This document shows positions 29,403 to 39,398 of a stretch of 64,000 bases of DNA, one piece after another. This stretch comes from a virus (Duplodnaviria; Heunggongvirae; Uroviricota; Caudoviricetes): the IMG/VR virus record IMGVR_UViG_3300028454_000679; one strand, 5' to 3'. Numbering within the stretch: position 1 is the first letter of the stretch; every line of letters starts with the position of its first letter. The notes below the pieces were generated by a model, which did not search any database, was not told the DNA's origin, and was given only the letters and a program-made list of their open reading frames with translations. Made by a program: the position numbers and the translations under genes.

Positions 29403-30023
29403 TTACTGCTGCACAAAGGTGATAAAACGTACAGCGTTGTTCTGGTCTTTCTGCAGAGTTGACTTAAACTGAGCAGATGGTGCAATATACCACTGTGCAG
29501 AAGAATCAGTAGTTGCATCGTATCCACCGGTTTCATTAGATGCACCAGCGGCACTTACAGAAGCATCTAAAATGCCAGCAAGAGCCTCTGCCACGGCTTT
29601 AGAGTCAGCATCAGCCGCTCCAATCGGCTGTCCTAATGCATCTGTGGTTGGGAAACCAACACAGCTTTTCATAGTGGTAGTAAATGTGGTCATTGTGGAA
29701 CTAATACCTCCACCTTTGAAGGTATCACTGTACATCTGCCAGCAAGCGGTACCAGAAGTACCCTTTGTGCACACAATTACTTTACACTGTGGGTCAGCTA
29801 AATACTTACCGATAGCAGCAATAACCTGGTCACCACTAGAAACAGTGTTATCATAAAGTGACTTATCGGAGTCATCCAAACCTTCCAAAGAAGACTGAAG
29901 GCTTGAACCTGCCTTATTTGTAAGGTCAGTACCGATATTAGTAAACTTCATAATGACACCAACCAATACTGCTACTACCATAAGTGAAACACCTGCTAAG
30001 ATAAGTTTTGTCGAGTTCTCCAT
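29403..30023 (-). CDS. Pilin-like paralog (candidate major subunit)
   Basis: MENSTKLILAGVSLMVVAVLVG..., SSGDQVIAAIGKY, YIAPSAQF; Ala/Gly/Ser-rich. Confidence 0.65.
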   Translation of the reverse strand: MENSTKLILAGVSLMVVAVLVGVIMKFTNIGTDLTNKAGSSLQSSLEGLDDSDKSLYDNTVSSGDQVIAAIGKYLADPQCKVIVCTKGTSGTACWQMYSDTFKGGGISSTMTTFTTTMKSCVGFPTTDALGQPIGAADADSKAVAEALAGILDASVSAAGASNETGGYDATTDSSAQWYIAPSAQFKSTLQKDQNNAVRFITFVQQ

Positions 30024-30039
30024 AAAATTATAATCCTCC

Positions 30040-30975
30040 TTATTCGTATGCGGTTACTCTCAGTACAGAATTTGCTGTACCATTGAAAAAGTAGAAGACT
30101 CCGTCAACCTGTAAAACATCGAAGTCAGTTGTTGGAACAAGTCCTTGCTCCGTAGATATCCACCCTGCAGCAGTTTTGATAAACATTTCTGTACTGTGCT
30201 CTTGCGTGACTATCACAAATGATGGGTTAAATCCAATCTTACAAAAGTCAAGCACATCTGCAGCTGTGCTAGCTTTGTAGTTTGGTGAGACTTCGAGGTT
30301 AACAACAGCCCTCTTTTTGGAATTCTCATTTTGCAATTCCTTGATTCTATCTGAAGCTGCGGTGGCTAATTTGTTGATATTCTCCGTTTCTGCTATGCGG
30401 CCATCAACAGCTTTAGAAAGCGTGGTTTTAGCATCCAATGATGCATTATCCTTTATCTTCTGTATAATCTCAGCCCATGAAGACGTTGGTGTAATTCCAA
30501 ACTGATTGAGTAAGTCCACCATAATTGTCTTCGCTTGGTCGACAGTTGTTACTGCTGTAATATCATCTGCGTTCTCTTGTTGTGTGAAGGTGATACCAGC
30601 GACATTACCAGCTGAGTTTACATTTAAAGAGCCTGAGTAAATATTCTCAGGCTTTACAGAAGATTCATGTTTAGAAAAAGCAGTGTTAGAATCGTAAGAC
30701 TCTATCACTGCTCCTGTATGTGCTGCGGCTATATGAATAGTATAGTCATCCTTGTACTTTCGTATGGCTGAAATAACCTGTGTACCTGTCAGAGTATCAA
30801 CACACAGCGATTCTAGACCGCCTGATGCGAACTCCGCTCGTTCCTCCTCCATACTCTTGTTGTTAGACTTTACTAAATCACCAGTAACATTCTTTGTGTA
30901 AATGACATAGCCAACCAGAATGGACAACACAATAAGGTCTACACCGATGATAATAAGTTCAAAGCCTTTCCTCAT
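30040..30975 (-). CDS. Pilin-like paralog with C-terminal extension
   Basis: N-terminal TM, LTGTQVISAIRKY. Confidence 0.6.
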   Translation of the reverse strand: MRKGFELIIIGVDLIVLSILVGYVIYTKNVTGDLVKSNNKSMEEERAEFASGGLESLCVDTLTGTQVISAIRKYKDDYTIHIAAAHTGAVIESYDSNTAFSKHESSVKPENIYSGSLNVNSAGNVAGITFTQQENADDITAVTTVDQAKTIMVDLLNQFGITPTSSWAEIIQKIKDNASLDAKTTLSKAVDGRIAETENINKLATAASDRIKELQNENSKKRAVVNLEVSPNYKASTAADVLDFCKIGFNPSFVIVTQEHSTEMFIKTAAGWISTEQGLVPTTDFDVLQVDGVFYFFNGTANSVLRVTAYE

Positions 30976-32075
30976 TATTCAAACACCTCCAAGCCACTTG
31001 CTATAGCTTCTAGAAGTGTGTAAGATTGCTTGAGAGCTTCCTGTGTATCCTCTAATTGTGCGATATAGTCAGTTAAACCAAGTGATTCTGCGGCTGACTT
31101 AAGTGACTGTGTAATACTGGTTAACTGTGCTTCTGTAGACTTCGCTTGTGTTAAAGCAGTCTTGACTTTGTTGAATACCTGAGCAAAGTCAGATGATGCA
31201 CTACCACCATCACTATGACCTGCAGGTAAATTGTCAAGCTTTGCCTCAATCTCCTCAAGCTTCTTACTAATCTCTTGATTACTTCCTGCACTCTCCTCAA
31301 ACAGACGGAGCACAGTTCGTAAATCGCTTGTTATGCCTGCGTAACCTTCACTGATTGTACTTATCTGACTATCCAACTGAGTTAGGTATGTTAGCACTTC
31401 CTGAGTAGAATTACTATTGTCTGATACCCGTGTCTTCAGATTCTGAATCTCAGCGAGTAAATCCTGTACATCCTGCTTGGTTGCGGCAGAGGAACTAGAG
31501 TTAGCTAATGCTGTAATGATACTCTGTAAATCCTGCTCAAGCTTGTCAAGTCTATTCTTGATAGTATCAGTGTTCAAATCACCTGCACCTGGGTCTACAC
31601 CAATAACCTGTGTAGAATCTCCGGAATTGTTCAAAGCCTTTGTTTGAGTAAAACTAATACTTGTTATTGCATCATTAGCATTTCTACCTACACTGGCAGT
31701 GAACTCTGCGGCTGGGTTAATATAAAAACTACTGTTACTCGGTAAATTCTTAAAATCAGCGGCTGATTCTCCTGCGGCTCCAAAAGTCTTTGGAGGTATG
31801 GAACCGGTCGGTAAAAGTGTCTGTACATGAATCTGAATTTTATCATCCCCATGCTTACGCATAAATGACAGCACGTCAGAACCTGAGACCGTAGTATTCA
31901 AGAACTTGGTGTACTCAGAGTCCTCAATAGCTTTTGCAGTTAGATTCATAGTATCAGACGTTGTAGTACTTAGCTTTCTTCCTGATGCAAACAGAAAGAC
32001 GGCTATAGTGATAACACTGGCTGTGAGGAACAATCCAACACCGCCTTTGATAAAATCAATAACTGAATCAAACAA
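30975..32075 (-). CDS. Pilin-like paralog with long C-terminal coiled coil
   Basis: Probable TTG start at 32075 (LFDSVIDF); VSGSDVLSFMRKH, YINPAAEF; heptad-rich tail. Confidence 0.6.
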   Translation of the reverse strand: MFDSVIDFIKGGVGLFLTASVITIAVFLFASGRKLSTTTSDTMNLTAKAIEDSEYTKFLNTTVSGSDVLSFMRKHGDDKIQIHVQTLLPTGSIPPKTFGAAGESAADFKNLPSNSSFYINPAAEFTASVGRNANDAITSISFTQTKALNNSGDSTQVIGVDPGAGDLNTDTIKNRLDKLEQDLQSIITALANSSSSAATKQDVQDLLAEIQNLKTRVSDNSNSTQEVLTYLTQLDSQISTISEGYAGITSDLRTVLRLFEESAGSNQEISKKLEEIEAKLDNLPAGHSDGGSASSDFAQVFNKVKTALTQAKSTEAQLTSITQSLKSAAESLGLTDYIAQLEDTQEALKQSYTLLEAIASGLEVFE

Positions 32076-32076
32076 A

Positions 32077-32784
32077 TTACCACCCCCTATAGTTGTAGAA
32101 TGAAGGGTTATCCTTGAGTAAATTATCAAAAACATCCCTACGACTGACTGTTCTATCTGTCCAATACTTAGCATCTTGAGCTTCGCCACGTGTTAGCAAA
32201 TCCCTCAACTCAATCATGGACACATCACGTAATGCTTCTAACATTGTGTTATAAGCAAACTTCTCATTAGTCACATTCTTAGCATTATTTATCTGTAGGG
32301 CAACGCTATTCATTTGACTGTCTGCTTTATTGTAATCACACTCTGTTAATCTGCTTGTACTTAAAGAATCCTGTACAAACTTTAAGAATGGCTTTTCACC
32401 ACTCTTATCCACAACAAAGTAAAATTTGTATGTGTCAGCCACATAGTTGTCATTATTAGTGATATTGCAACCATTGTAGCTGTAAAAGGGTCCTGGTGGA
32501 GTTGCTGTTGCAGAATCATCGTAACTATTCTCCGTAATATACGCATACGGTAAATATCCATTGTAGTGATAAATAATAGCCTTCATACGGGCACCACTTA
32601 CAAAGGAATCAATCTCATTCTGAACATACTGCAAGTCATCCACTGCATACCCTTCAATAACACTAAAACTTTTGTTGGCATACTTCTTAGCAGTACTCAT
32701 CATCTTAAAGGATGCACCGATAAGTATGGCTGAAACTGCGAGACAGACACCTGAGATAATTAACTTACCAACATTCTCGTTCAT
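32077..32784 (-). CDS. Pilin-like paralog
   Basis: N-terminal TM, VSGARMKAIIYHY. Confidence 0.6.
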   Translation of the reverse strand: MNENVGKLIISGVCLAVSAILIGASFKMMSTAKKYANKSFSVIEGYAVDDLQYVQNEIDSFVSGARMKAIIYHYNGYLPYAYITENSYDDSATATPPGPFYSYNGCNITNNDNYVADTYKFYFVVDKSGEKPFLKFVQDSLSTSRLTECDYNKADSQMNSVALQINNAKNVTNEKFAYNTMLEALRDVSMIELRDLLTRGEAQDAKYWTDRTVSRRDVFDNLLKDNPSFYNYRGW

Positions 32785-33371
32785 TATGTACCTCCAAGAA
32801 CTCTGTCCATAACTCCAAAGTATTGATAATAAAAGTAACTATTTGCTAAGTCCTCTGGAACAACACGCTGAATAGATGGTAAAGTGGCAGCCTTATCAGA
32901 AAGCTTCTCTGCCTCTTGCAAAAACTTTGAAGGCAGGTCAGGATTTGTTTGTATTGCAGCTTGTGCATCCACACCAACCTGTGTACAACAAATCTGAATA
33001 ATCTGCATATCAGTGTCATGTAATAATGTCAAAAAGAAGTCAGCTGCTGGGTTGATGTAAAAACTCGAATCCAACTCTGTGACATGTGAGTTTAAAAAGA
33101 ACCCTTCAGGACACTTCTTTGTAAAGACAGTAACACTACAGTTATTGTTCAGCTTGTAATCATCCAAAAGTGAACGAACTTCGCTACCGGAAACACGAGT
33201 ATTGTTCTTTGCCTCCAGACCAGAGGTTGTACTCATATACTCCTGTAGCCCATTCTTTCCAGGGTTGACAAGATCACCACCAATAGATGCAACCGCGACA
33301 ACAAATGCAATAAAGGAAGCAGTCAGCACACCGACTGCTCCCATAGTAATCATCTGTAACATATTCTGCAT
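32784..33371 (-). CDS. Pilin-like paralog
   Basis: N-terminal TM, VSGSEVRSLLDDY, YINPAADF. Confidence 0.6.
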   Translation of the reverse strand: MQNMLQMITMGAVGVLTASFIAFVVAVASIGGDLVNPGKNGLQEYMSTTSGLEAKNNTRVSGSEVRSLLDDYKLNNNCSVTVFTKKCPEGFFLNSHVTELDSSFYINPAADFFLTLLHDTDMQIIQICCTQVGVDAQAAIQTNPDLPSKFLQEAEKLSDKAATLPSIQRVVPEDLANSYFYYQYFGVMDRVLGGT

Positions 33372-33381
33372 TCTCTTTCAC

Positions 33382-35637
33382 CTACAATCCTGATAAAGAT
33401 GATGTCATAGTAGACATACCCTCTGCGATAAACGGGTATGCCCAGTATGCGGCGATAGAAGCTGAGAACGGAATCATAGAGAAGAAGTTAGCTAAAGCTG
33501 CTTTTTTATCCAAAGAGATTGATCTATCCTGTGCACGCTTCTCTACGGCATTCTTACGCTCTACTTCAGTCTCGTCAAACGCAGCACGAATACCAATCTT
33601 ATCGCACATCATAAAGTTCTGCACAATACGACGGAACGGTTCATAGGTCTCTGCATCGTAAAGAGCCTGTAATGCTTCCATATCACCAGTTGTAAAATCA
33701 CCAATACACGTTTGAATAGACTCTTGAAAGATTTTAGCAAACTTGCAAATCTCTTCCAAAATTGTCTGTACTGACATATTGTCAATATACATAAGGATAA
33801 GAATAATACCCTGGAACTGAATAACCTCATCCTCCATAACCTCTTGCAGGCTGTTAAAACGAATACGTCTTGAAACGTACGGGAACTCATAGCCAAACAG
33901 AGCTGCAAATATCATAAAAATAATGTAGTACCACTTAAAGTAAGCGTTCTGATACTTATCCACATGGCTCAAAGCATTTTTTGCAATCTCTAAATAGTGA
34001 GCAGGATTCTGCATAGCATCAGGCTCTAAGAACCCCTTGACCTTCTTGAAATCATCATTGAAGTAAAACTCAGTTACTGGGTCATCAAACTTTGGTATAC
34101 CGCCAGAGGTACCAAGCTGTGTAATGTAAAGCTTGGAGTCACCTGAGAAGTACTTATTGTAGAGATGCAAGTACTCAATAAGCTCTTCATCAGTACACTG
34201 CAATCCTTTCTCTCTAATCATACTTCCCAACCAAGCTTGACGCAGGTCAGGCATTTCCGTCATATCCCACTCTTCTGGGGTTGTCGTAAAGCCTTCGCTA
34301 AGTGCCGGGATATCCTCGCCTTTTAAGAGGTTCATATAATGCACTGTCATAACGAATGCTGCAGCTGATTCTGCCTCTACATCATATTTGTACTGTGCAT
34401 TAGAGAATTCCTTGGATTCCAAGTTCCGCGTGTTCATATTCAATCCCACAATAAGTCCAAACATAAGTACAAACCCAACTACACCCATACTCAGTCGGTG
34501 AAGAAGAAAAGTTTGGGTATTGTAAGAAGAACCTGTATTTTTCAGCAACTTGTTAATTTTGTACGTCTTATGGGCGTACTTAAATTCGTAGTTTTCTACG
34601 AATCGCTTAATGGGCTTAATTTTAGTGAGATTCTTTAAAACAAGTCGTTCAGCGTTATCAGCTACAACTGGTTTCTTCATAGTGCTGATAATCTTGTAAA
34701 CAACAAAGGAGATTGCGAAACACGCAATCTCCAAAAGAACACCTGTGGAACCCATATAAAATCGCTGTAACATAGGCATAGTTTCTACAGCCCATGAACG
34801 TATAACACCCAGAATAAATACTGGAATAACACTGATAGGGATAAGAGCCATAAACTTACTTTTCCTTAAGTTACGAGAAAGTAAGTCATCTTCCAGGGAT
34901 TGCTTCAAATCCTTAATGTCTAAAAGGAACAATGATTGGTCATGCACCTTTCTATCACCATACCGCATTGTGATGGCACAGATAGAGAGGAACTGAAGCA
35001 TATACTTGCTAGGACACGTACGAGAATACTTGAAAATAGCCTCCTCTTGGTCATCACTGACAAGAATACGATGCATCTGCATAGCGTGTCCTAAAATAAG
35101 TGGGTCAAGATGATCGTAGGTTTCAGCTAAAGCCTCGTCAACCATGTTATTCATAACAAAAGCATGTCTCATTTCTGAAACAAGCTTAGAGAATTGTGCA
35201 AGTAGCTTATTATTTACCTTATCCATTGAGGTTTCCATAATTTCACTAGCACCTATATACACAGTCCACATAGCAAGTAACAGACCGTAAAGGTCTGGAG
35301 ACAGAATAGCCATAGTTGTGATAACAACTACAGCTAAACCGAAAATAACCAATTCAAGTTTTACAGTCTTCTCCTTACACTGTCTCTCAGCGTCGGGGAA
35401 GAGAATATTATACCGATTGTAAATATTGTCCTGAAAATGCTTGAAAATAGCTATGGAATTCAAAACATTGAAAATATTATTGAAAACAGAGTAACCTGCT
35501 TTCGTTTGCAAAAGGGCTTGTGATGGTTCACTGTTCTTGTCTCTCGACAACTTTGTCATAAACGTGGATACAACAAGTAAAGCGATGCCAATAGCAGCAA
35601 CCACCACAATAAGAACAACTAAAAATTGTTTTGTCAT
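33382..35637 (-). CDS. Fused TadB/TadC-like (T2SS F-type) platform membrane protein
   Basis: Multiple TM pairs with two cytoplasmic helical domains (LLAQFSKL...VDEAL; EDEVIQFQGII...TILE); follows the TadA ATPase. Confidence 0.65.
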   Translation of the reverse strand: MTKQFLVVLIVVVAAIGIALLVVSTFMTKLSRDKNSEPSQALLQTKAGYSVFNNIFNVLNSIAIFKHFQDNIYNRYNILFPDAERQCKEKTVKLELVIFGLAVVVITTMAILSPDLYGLLLAMWTVYIGASEIMETSMDKVNNKLLAQFSKLVSEMRHAFVMNNMVDEALAETYDHLDPLILGHAMQMHRILVSDDQEEAIFKYSRTCPSKYMLQFLSICAITMRYGDRKVHDQSLFLLDIKDLKQSLEDDLLSRNLRKSKFMALIPISVIPVFILGVIRSWAVETMPMLQRFYMGSTGVLLEIACFAISFVVYKIISTMKKPVVADNAERLVLKNLTKIKPIKRFVENYEFKYAHKTYKINKLLKNTGSSYNTQTFLLHRLSMGVVGFVLMFGLIVGLNMNTRNLESKEFSNAQYKYDVEAESAAAFVMTVHYMNLLKGEDIPALSEGFTTTPEEWDMTEMPDLRQAWLGSMIREKGLQCTDEELIEYLHLYNKYFSGDSKLYITQLGTSGGIPKFDDPVTEFYFNDDFKKVKGFLEPDAMQNPAHYLEIAKNALSHVDKYQNAYFKWYYIIFMIFAALFGYEFPYVSRRIRFNSLQEVMEDEVIQFQGIILILMYIDNMSVQTILEEICKFAKIFQESIQTCIGDFTTGDMEALQALYDAETYEPFRRIVQNFMMCDKIGIRAAFDETEVERKNAVEKRAQDRSISLDKKAALANFFSMIPFSASIAAYWAYPFIAEGMSTMTSSLSGL

Positions 35638-35754
35638 AATACTCTCCACTAAACAAGTTGTGCTGACACAAACTTGTTCGTTCTAAAATCTTTAAATACC
35701 AGAGTAGTCCTGTCGTACTCTATACTGGTAGCAGATACACCCAAGACACAAATC

Positions 35755-35976
35755 TTACTCCTTAGAGTCATCCTGTACAATCATAGCATCACGTAAGTAT
35801 TTGATAAAATCTCTTGGGTCCTTTGCGTGATGAGTGAATACTGGAGGATTGGGCTCAAACCTACTCAAATCCAATGCAGAGGTATACTCTTTTGAAACCG
35901 CACCAATTAAAGATTCGTAAGCACTATCCTTGTTAGTCTCAAGCTGACCATTTCCTGTAAATACTGTACTCTTCAT
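35755..35976 (-). CDS. 73-aa protein carrying a copy of the TadA His-box segment
   Basis: VFTHHAKDPRDFIKYLRDAMIVQ vs TadA VFTHHAKNPRDLVTYFRDAMIVQ; TAATG coupling to tadA. Confidence 0.75.
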   Translation of the reverse strand: MKSTVFTGNGQLETNKDSAYESLIGAVSKEYTSALDLSRFEPNPPVFTHHAKDPRDFIKYLRDAMIVQDDSKE

Positions 35977-37973
35977 TATGCACTCTCCAATTCACTTAAA
36001 TCCATGATGGTTGATGGTACACCTACAGCAGGGTTTACAACCTTGTCACTATTCATAATAGAGCTGTCAAGAACACCTTTTGCAACACTTGCATTCTTGT
36101 TAATGTCTCTAAATGGGTCTTTGTATGTAGCTAAGGCATGATTTACAACAGCACCCTGATGCATCTTCTCGCACAATTCATCAAACCGTTTGACAAGTCC
36201 TTCTGGTAACTTACTACGAATTGTAGCCTTCAACTCTGGTGAAAACTCTCCACAGAAACGGAAGCCGTTCTCAACGTCACCAACAATAAGATCTTGAGCT
36301 ACAAATGTAGGTCTATCAGTCTGTCGTCTGTAGTATTCAATTGTAGCTGCCGTTAAATCTGTCGGGTAATCCTCAATAGGTGTTGGGATAATCTCAGTTA
36401 CACGGTCGATAATACGTTTACCTTCAGGGGTACGAATAATATTAACATTGATTCTAAGCACATTAACAACGGTGTTCTCTGCAAGCTTCTCGTTGTTAAA
36501 ACCTCCCTGAACAATCATAGCATCACGGAAGTATGTAACAAGGTCTCTAGGATTTTTCGCATGGTGGGTAAATACAGTCTGAGCGGAACCAACCATACCG
36601 GTCTGAATACCAAGCATAGCCATGATATAATCAGCAACCTCTCCGATAAGGTTAATATCACCATCAGTCTTTTTCTGGAAGTCGATACCCATCTGACCCG
36701 TTACAGTAGGAGTCTCCCTAAATGCAATGATATTACGTCGTGGGTAAATCTTCTGTAAGTTCAACTCAAATGCAGCCTCCTGTGTTCTTACAGAGTAGGA
36801 AGACTGGAAGAAACGGCACATATTCATAAGGAACGTTGTTTTACCTGTAGCCTGCTGTCCTGTTACCGCAGTATTACAACAACCAGACATAATCATCTGA
36901 CACAGTAGTTCCAAATCACCTACACCAGCGTAAGGGTACATATCAGAAAACGCCATCTTAGAGGCTGTATCAAACTTACGAACACAGAATACCCAAGAGG
37001 AGGTAAATGGGGGTCGAGCAACAGTAATACGGCAACCGTCCTGACCTTCTGCAATAATCTTAGGTGCACTCATGGAAAGTGTTCCAGGGTCTCCGTAGCG
37101 GTAAATATTCTTAGATACTCTCTCAAGTTCTCTCTGGGAACCAAATCCAATACAAGCCAGGCGAATTTTCTTACCATGAAGCATAAGCCAAACAGCATTG
37201 TATGTCGCTAAAGGGAGTTCATCTTTTTCAGCACCGAAAGTAGCAGAACGTCCATGCTCATAGGTAGCCGTAGAAATTCCAGAGGTTCCGCAGTTAAAAC
37301 CATCGACAACCATATCACGAATATCATCAACAACGCCATTACCATAAGTTTCCTGATACACACGCTGTGCCAGAATATCTAACTTATCAGTAAAGGACAG
37401 TGCCTGCACTGCCTTACTATGTTTGATAAAAGCTGAGTTTAAGTCTGTAACTGAAATTTCGTAGTAAATATCACCATCTGCAGTATGCTTAGGTTCCGCA
37501 AGACCACGCTTGTCAATAAACACCTGTACTGCCTTTAAACCGAAGTTTTTCTTGTAAATATAAATAAGAATCTCCCACTTGTCTTGCGACGTGAGGAGAT
37601 TCCAACTATCAAATGGTATAAAGTTATTGATATTCTCTTCCGATACACCAAACTTACGACTAAGCAAATCACGAATATAATCTTTCACATACAATTTTGC
37701 TGCGTAATTACCAAACTTACACAATTTCATATTCTTACGAAGCTTGGTTTTATTCGTCTCTGCCTTTTCTATCTCATCCTTGTGAAGATTCATTTCAGCA
37801 TAGTTAGTCTTAAGAATATCATCAAAGGTTTTCATAACACCCCTCTTGAGATACTCAATTGTATCCTTGTCCTCAACAACCTCAACGAATTCTTTTGCTT
37901 TTCTAAAGAATAGGAAGTACACAACTAATGCGAAGACAAGTAATAAACCAGCTATAATAACGGAATTCATCAT
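35976..37973 (-). CDS. tadA: TadA/CpaF (VirB11-family) ATPase with N-terminal TM
   Basis: Walker A GQQATGKT, Walker B LIGEV, His-box FTHHAK, RITVARPP. Confidence 0.85.
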   Translation of the reverse strand: MMNSVIIAGLLLVFALVVYFLFFRKAKEFVEVVEDKDTIEYLKRGVMKTFDDILKTNYAEMNLHKDEIEKAETNKTKLRKNMKLCKFGNYAAKLYVKDYIRDLLSRKFGVSEENINNFIPFDSWNLLTSQDKWEILIYIYKKNFGLKAVQVFIDKRGLAEPKHTADGDIYYEISVTDLNSAFIKHSKAVQALSFTDKLDILAQRVYQETYGNGVVDDIRDMVVDGFNCGTSGISTATYEHGRSATFGAEKDELPLATYNAVWLMLHGKKIRLACIGFGSQRELERVSKNIYRYGDPGTLSMSAPKIIAEGQDGCRITVARPPFTSSWVFCVRKFDTASKMAFSDMYPYAGVGDLELLCQMIMSGCCNTAVTGQQATGKTTFLMNMCRFFQSSYSVRTQEAAFELNLQKIYPRRNIIAFRETPTVTGQMGIDFQKKTDGDINLIGEVADYIMAMLGIQTGMVGSAQTVFTHHAKNPRDLVTYFRDAMIVQGGFNNEKLAENTVVNVLRINVNIIRTPEGKRIIDRVTEIIPTPIEDYPTDLTAATIEYYRRQTDRPTFVAQDLIVGDVENGFRFCGEFSPELKATIRSKLPEGLVKRFDELCEKMHQGAVVNHALATYKDPFRDINKNASVAKGVLDSSIMNSDKVVNPAVGVPSTIMDLSELESA

Positions 37974-37976
37974 AGT

Positions 37977-38747
37977 CTACACCTCCTTAGATAGATACTG
38001 CATAAATGTTACATACAGATTATCTAAAGACTTGAAAAAAGACTTTGATGCTTTCGGTGGATTTGACATAAACCTAGGTACCTTTGCAGAGGAAAGAGCA
38101 TCCTTAAAGTTTGTGTCATACTCAACAAAGTAAGTATTATGTTTATTAAACGTTGTGCTCTTATGCGTAATAGACTTAAGGGATACAAGTGAAGCTGGGT
38201 CGTAAGCACCAATAATAAAGAATAATGATTTCGCTTGTATCTTGAATGCCTTCACAAAGAGGTCAAGAGCAGGGCGGCTCTGTGGTAAAGAGATAACTAA
38301 AGTATCTGCTCTACCTATTGCTATTGAAACAGTCTTATTCTGCCCTGCACCTATATCAACAACTACGAATTCATAAGCAGTGTTAAGAGCTTCTAGAGCC
38401 TTATCCAGTGTCTCATTCATAGTCTTCTGGTAGATATCAATAGATGTACCCAAGGTAGGGATAAAGTAGCTTAACTTGCCACCTAAGTAGGCTAATGAGC
38501 CACTAGCAATATCGGACTTGTCAGCGGAGCCACCTTTTACAGTTCGGAAGAGAGAATCAATACCTAAATCCTGCAGGTACGTCCCAGGCTTCTCGTCCAT
38601 AAAAGCACGCTCCATAAAGTTTCCTGAAAATTGCAACTGCAACAGAGCAACTTTCTTTCCATGTTTTGCTAAAGTACAAGCAAAGGCTATTGCATTTGCT
38701 GTACATCCGGACTTACCCGGAAAAGGAGTCCAAAATTCAATAATCAT
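37977..38747 (-). CDS. ParA/MinD-like protein (TadZ/CpaE-like)
   Basis: Deviant P-loop PFPGKSGCT, VVVDIG; directly upstream of tadA. Confidence 0.65.
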   Translation of the reverse strand: MIIEFWTPFPGKSGCTANAIAFACTLAKHGKKVALLQLQFSGNFMERAFMDEKPGTYLQDLGIDSLFRTVKGGSADKSDIASGSLAYLGGKLSYFIPTLGTSIDIYQKTMNETLDKALEALNTAYEFVVVDIGAGQNKTVSIAIGRADTLVISLPQSRPALDLFVKAFKIQAKSLFFIIGAYDPASLVSLKSITHKSTTFNKHNTYFVEYDTNFKDALSSAKVPRFMSNPPKASKSFFKSLDNLYVTFMQYLSKEV

Positions 38748-38777
38748 AATTACCTCTTTAAGGGGCTAGACAGCCCC

Positions 38778-39398
38778 CTACTTTTTATTCTTCTTAAATA
38801 CATTATTTAACTCTTTCTTATCGAAGTCACAAGCAAGGATGCCTGTTAGCAACTTCGCTACACTACTCGGCACCTTGGAAAAATCCATCTTCGACGTATT
38901 CTGTAAATCAAACATAAATGGATAACGCCATTCTGTACTGATAGTGTATTTGTCCTCATCCCGCACGTTAATACCTCTTAAAAGTTCTGTAAGACCTTCC
39001 TCAGGTATAGACACGTCAGGACTGGTAGATACTGTTAAGAACCGTGCTACATGAGCAGGCACTTTTATATTCCGACAGAAGTTCATATTCTGTAATTGAA
39101 AATCAGTGAACATCCAGATTTCTGAACACTTTGACAAAAGAGGAGCCCTTAAATTTTCATTGGCAAGGACAACAACATACTCAGAAAGATCATCTTCAGT
39201 TAATTGTCCTCTTACAACAAGGCAATCATGGAAAACAGCAGAGCCTTGCCCTGTGAGTCCTGCACAGCAAGCCAAATCCCCTTTCGGCGTAGCATCCACA
39301 ACAGTAAGATTGGAACCAAGTTTTTCAAGCAAGGTTCCAAGGAGTACTGCTACATCGTAACTTTCGGTGCCAATAAATCCTAAATACTTAATATCCAT
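38778..39398 (-). CDS. Degenerate ParA-like Tad accessory protein
   Basis: LGFIG...LTVVDAT P-loop-like topology without the Walker lysine; position in operon. Confidence 0.4.
   Translation of the reverse strand: MDIKYLGFIGTESYDVAVLLGTLLEKLGSNLTVVDATPKGDLACCAGLTGQGSAVFHDCLVVRGQLTEDDLSEYVVVLANENLRAPLLSKCSEIWMFTDFQLQNMNFCRNIKVPAHVARFLTVSTSPDVSIPEEGLTELLRGINVRDEDKYTISTEWRYPFMFDLQNTSKMDFSKVPSSVAKLLTGILACDFDKKELNNVFKKNKK

Noticed and set aside
35773-36575. Diversity-generating retroelement TR/VR pair (His-box duplication)
   Set aside because: Differences are mostly synonymous third positions, not adenine-specific; no reverse transcriptase in the window.
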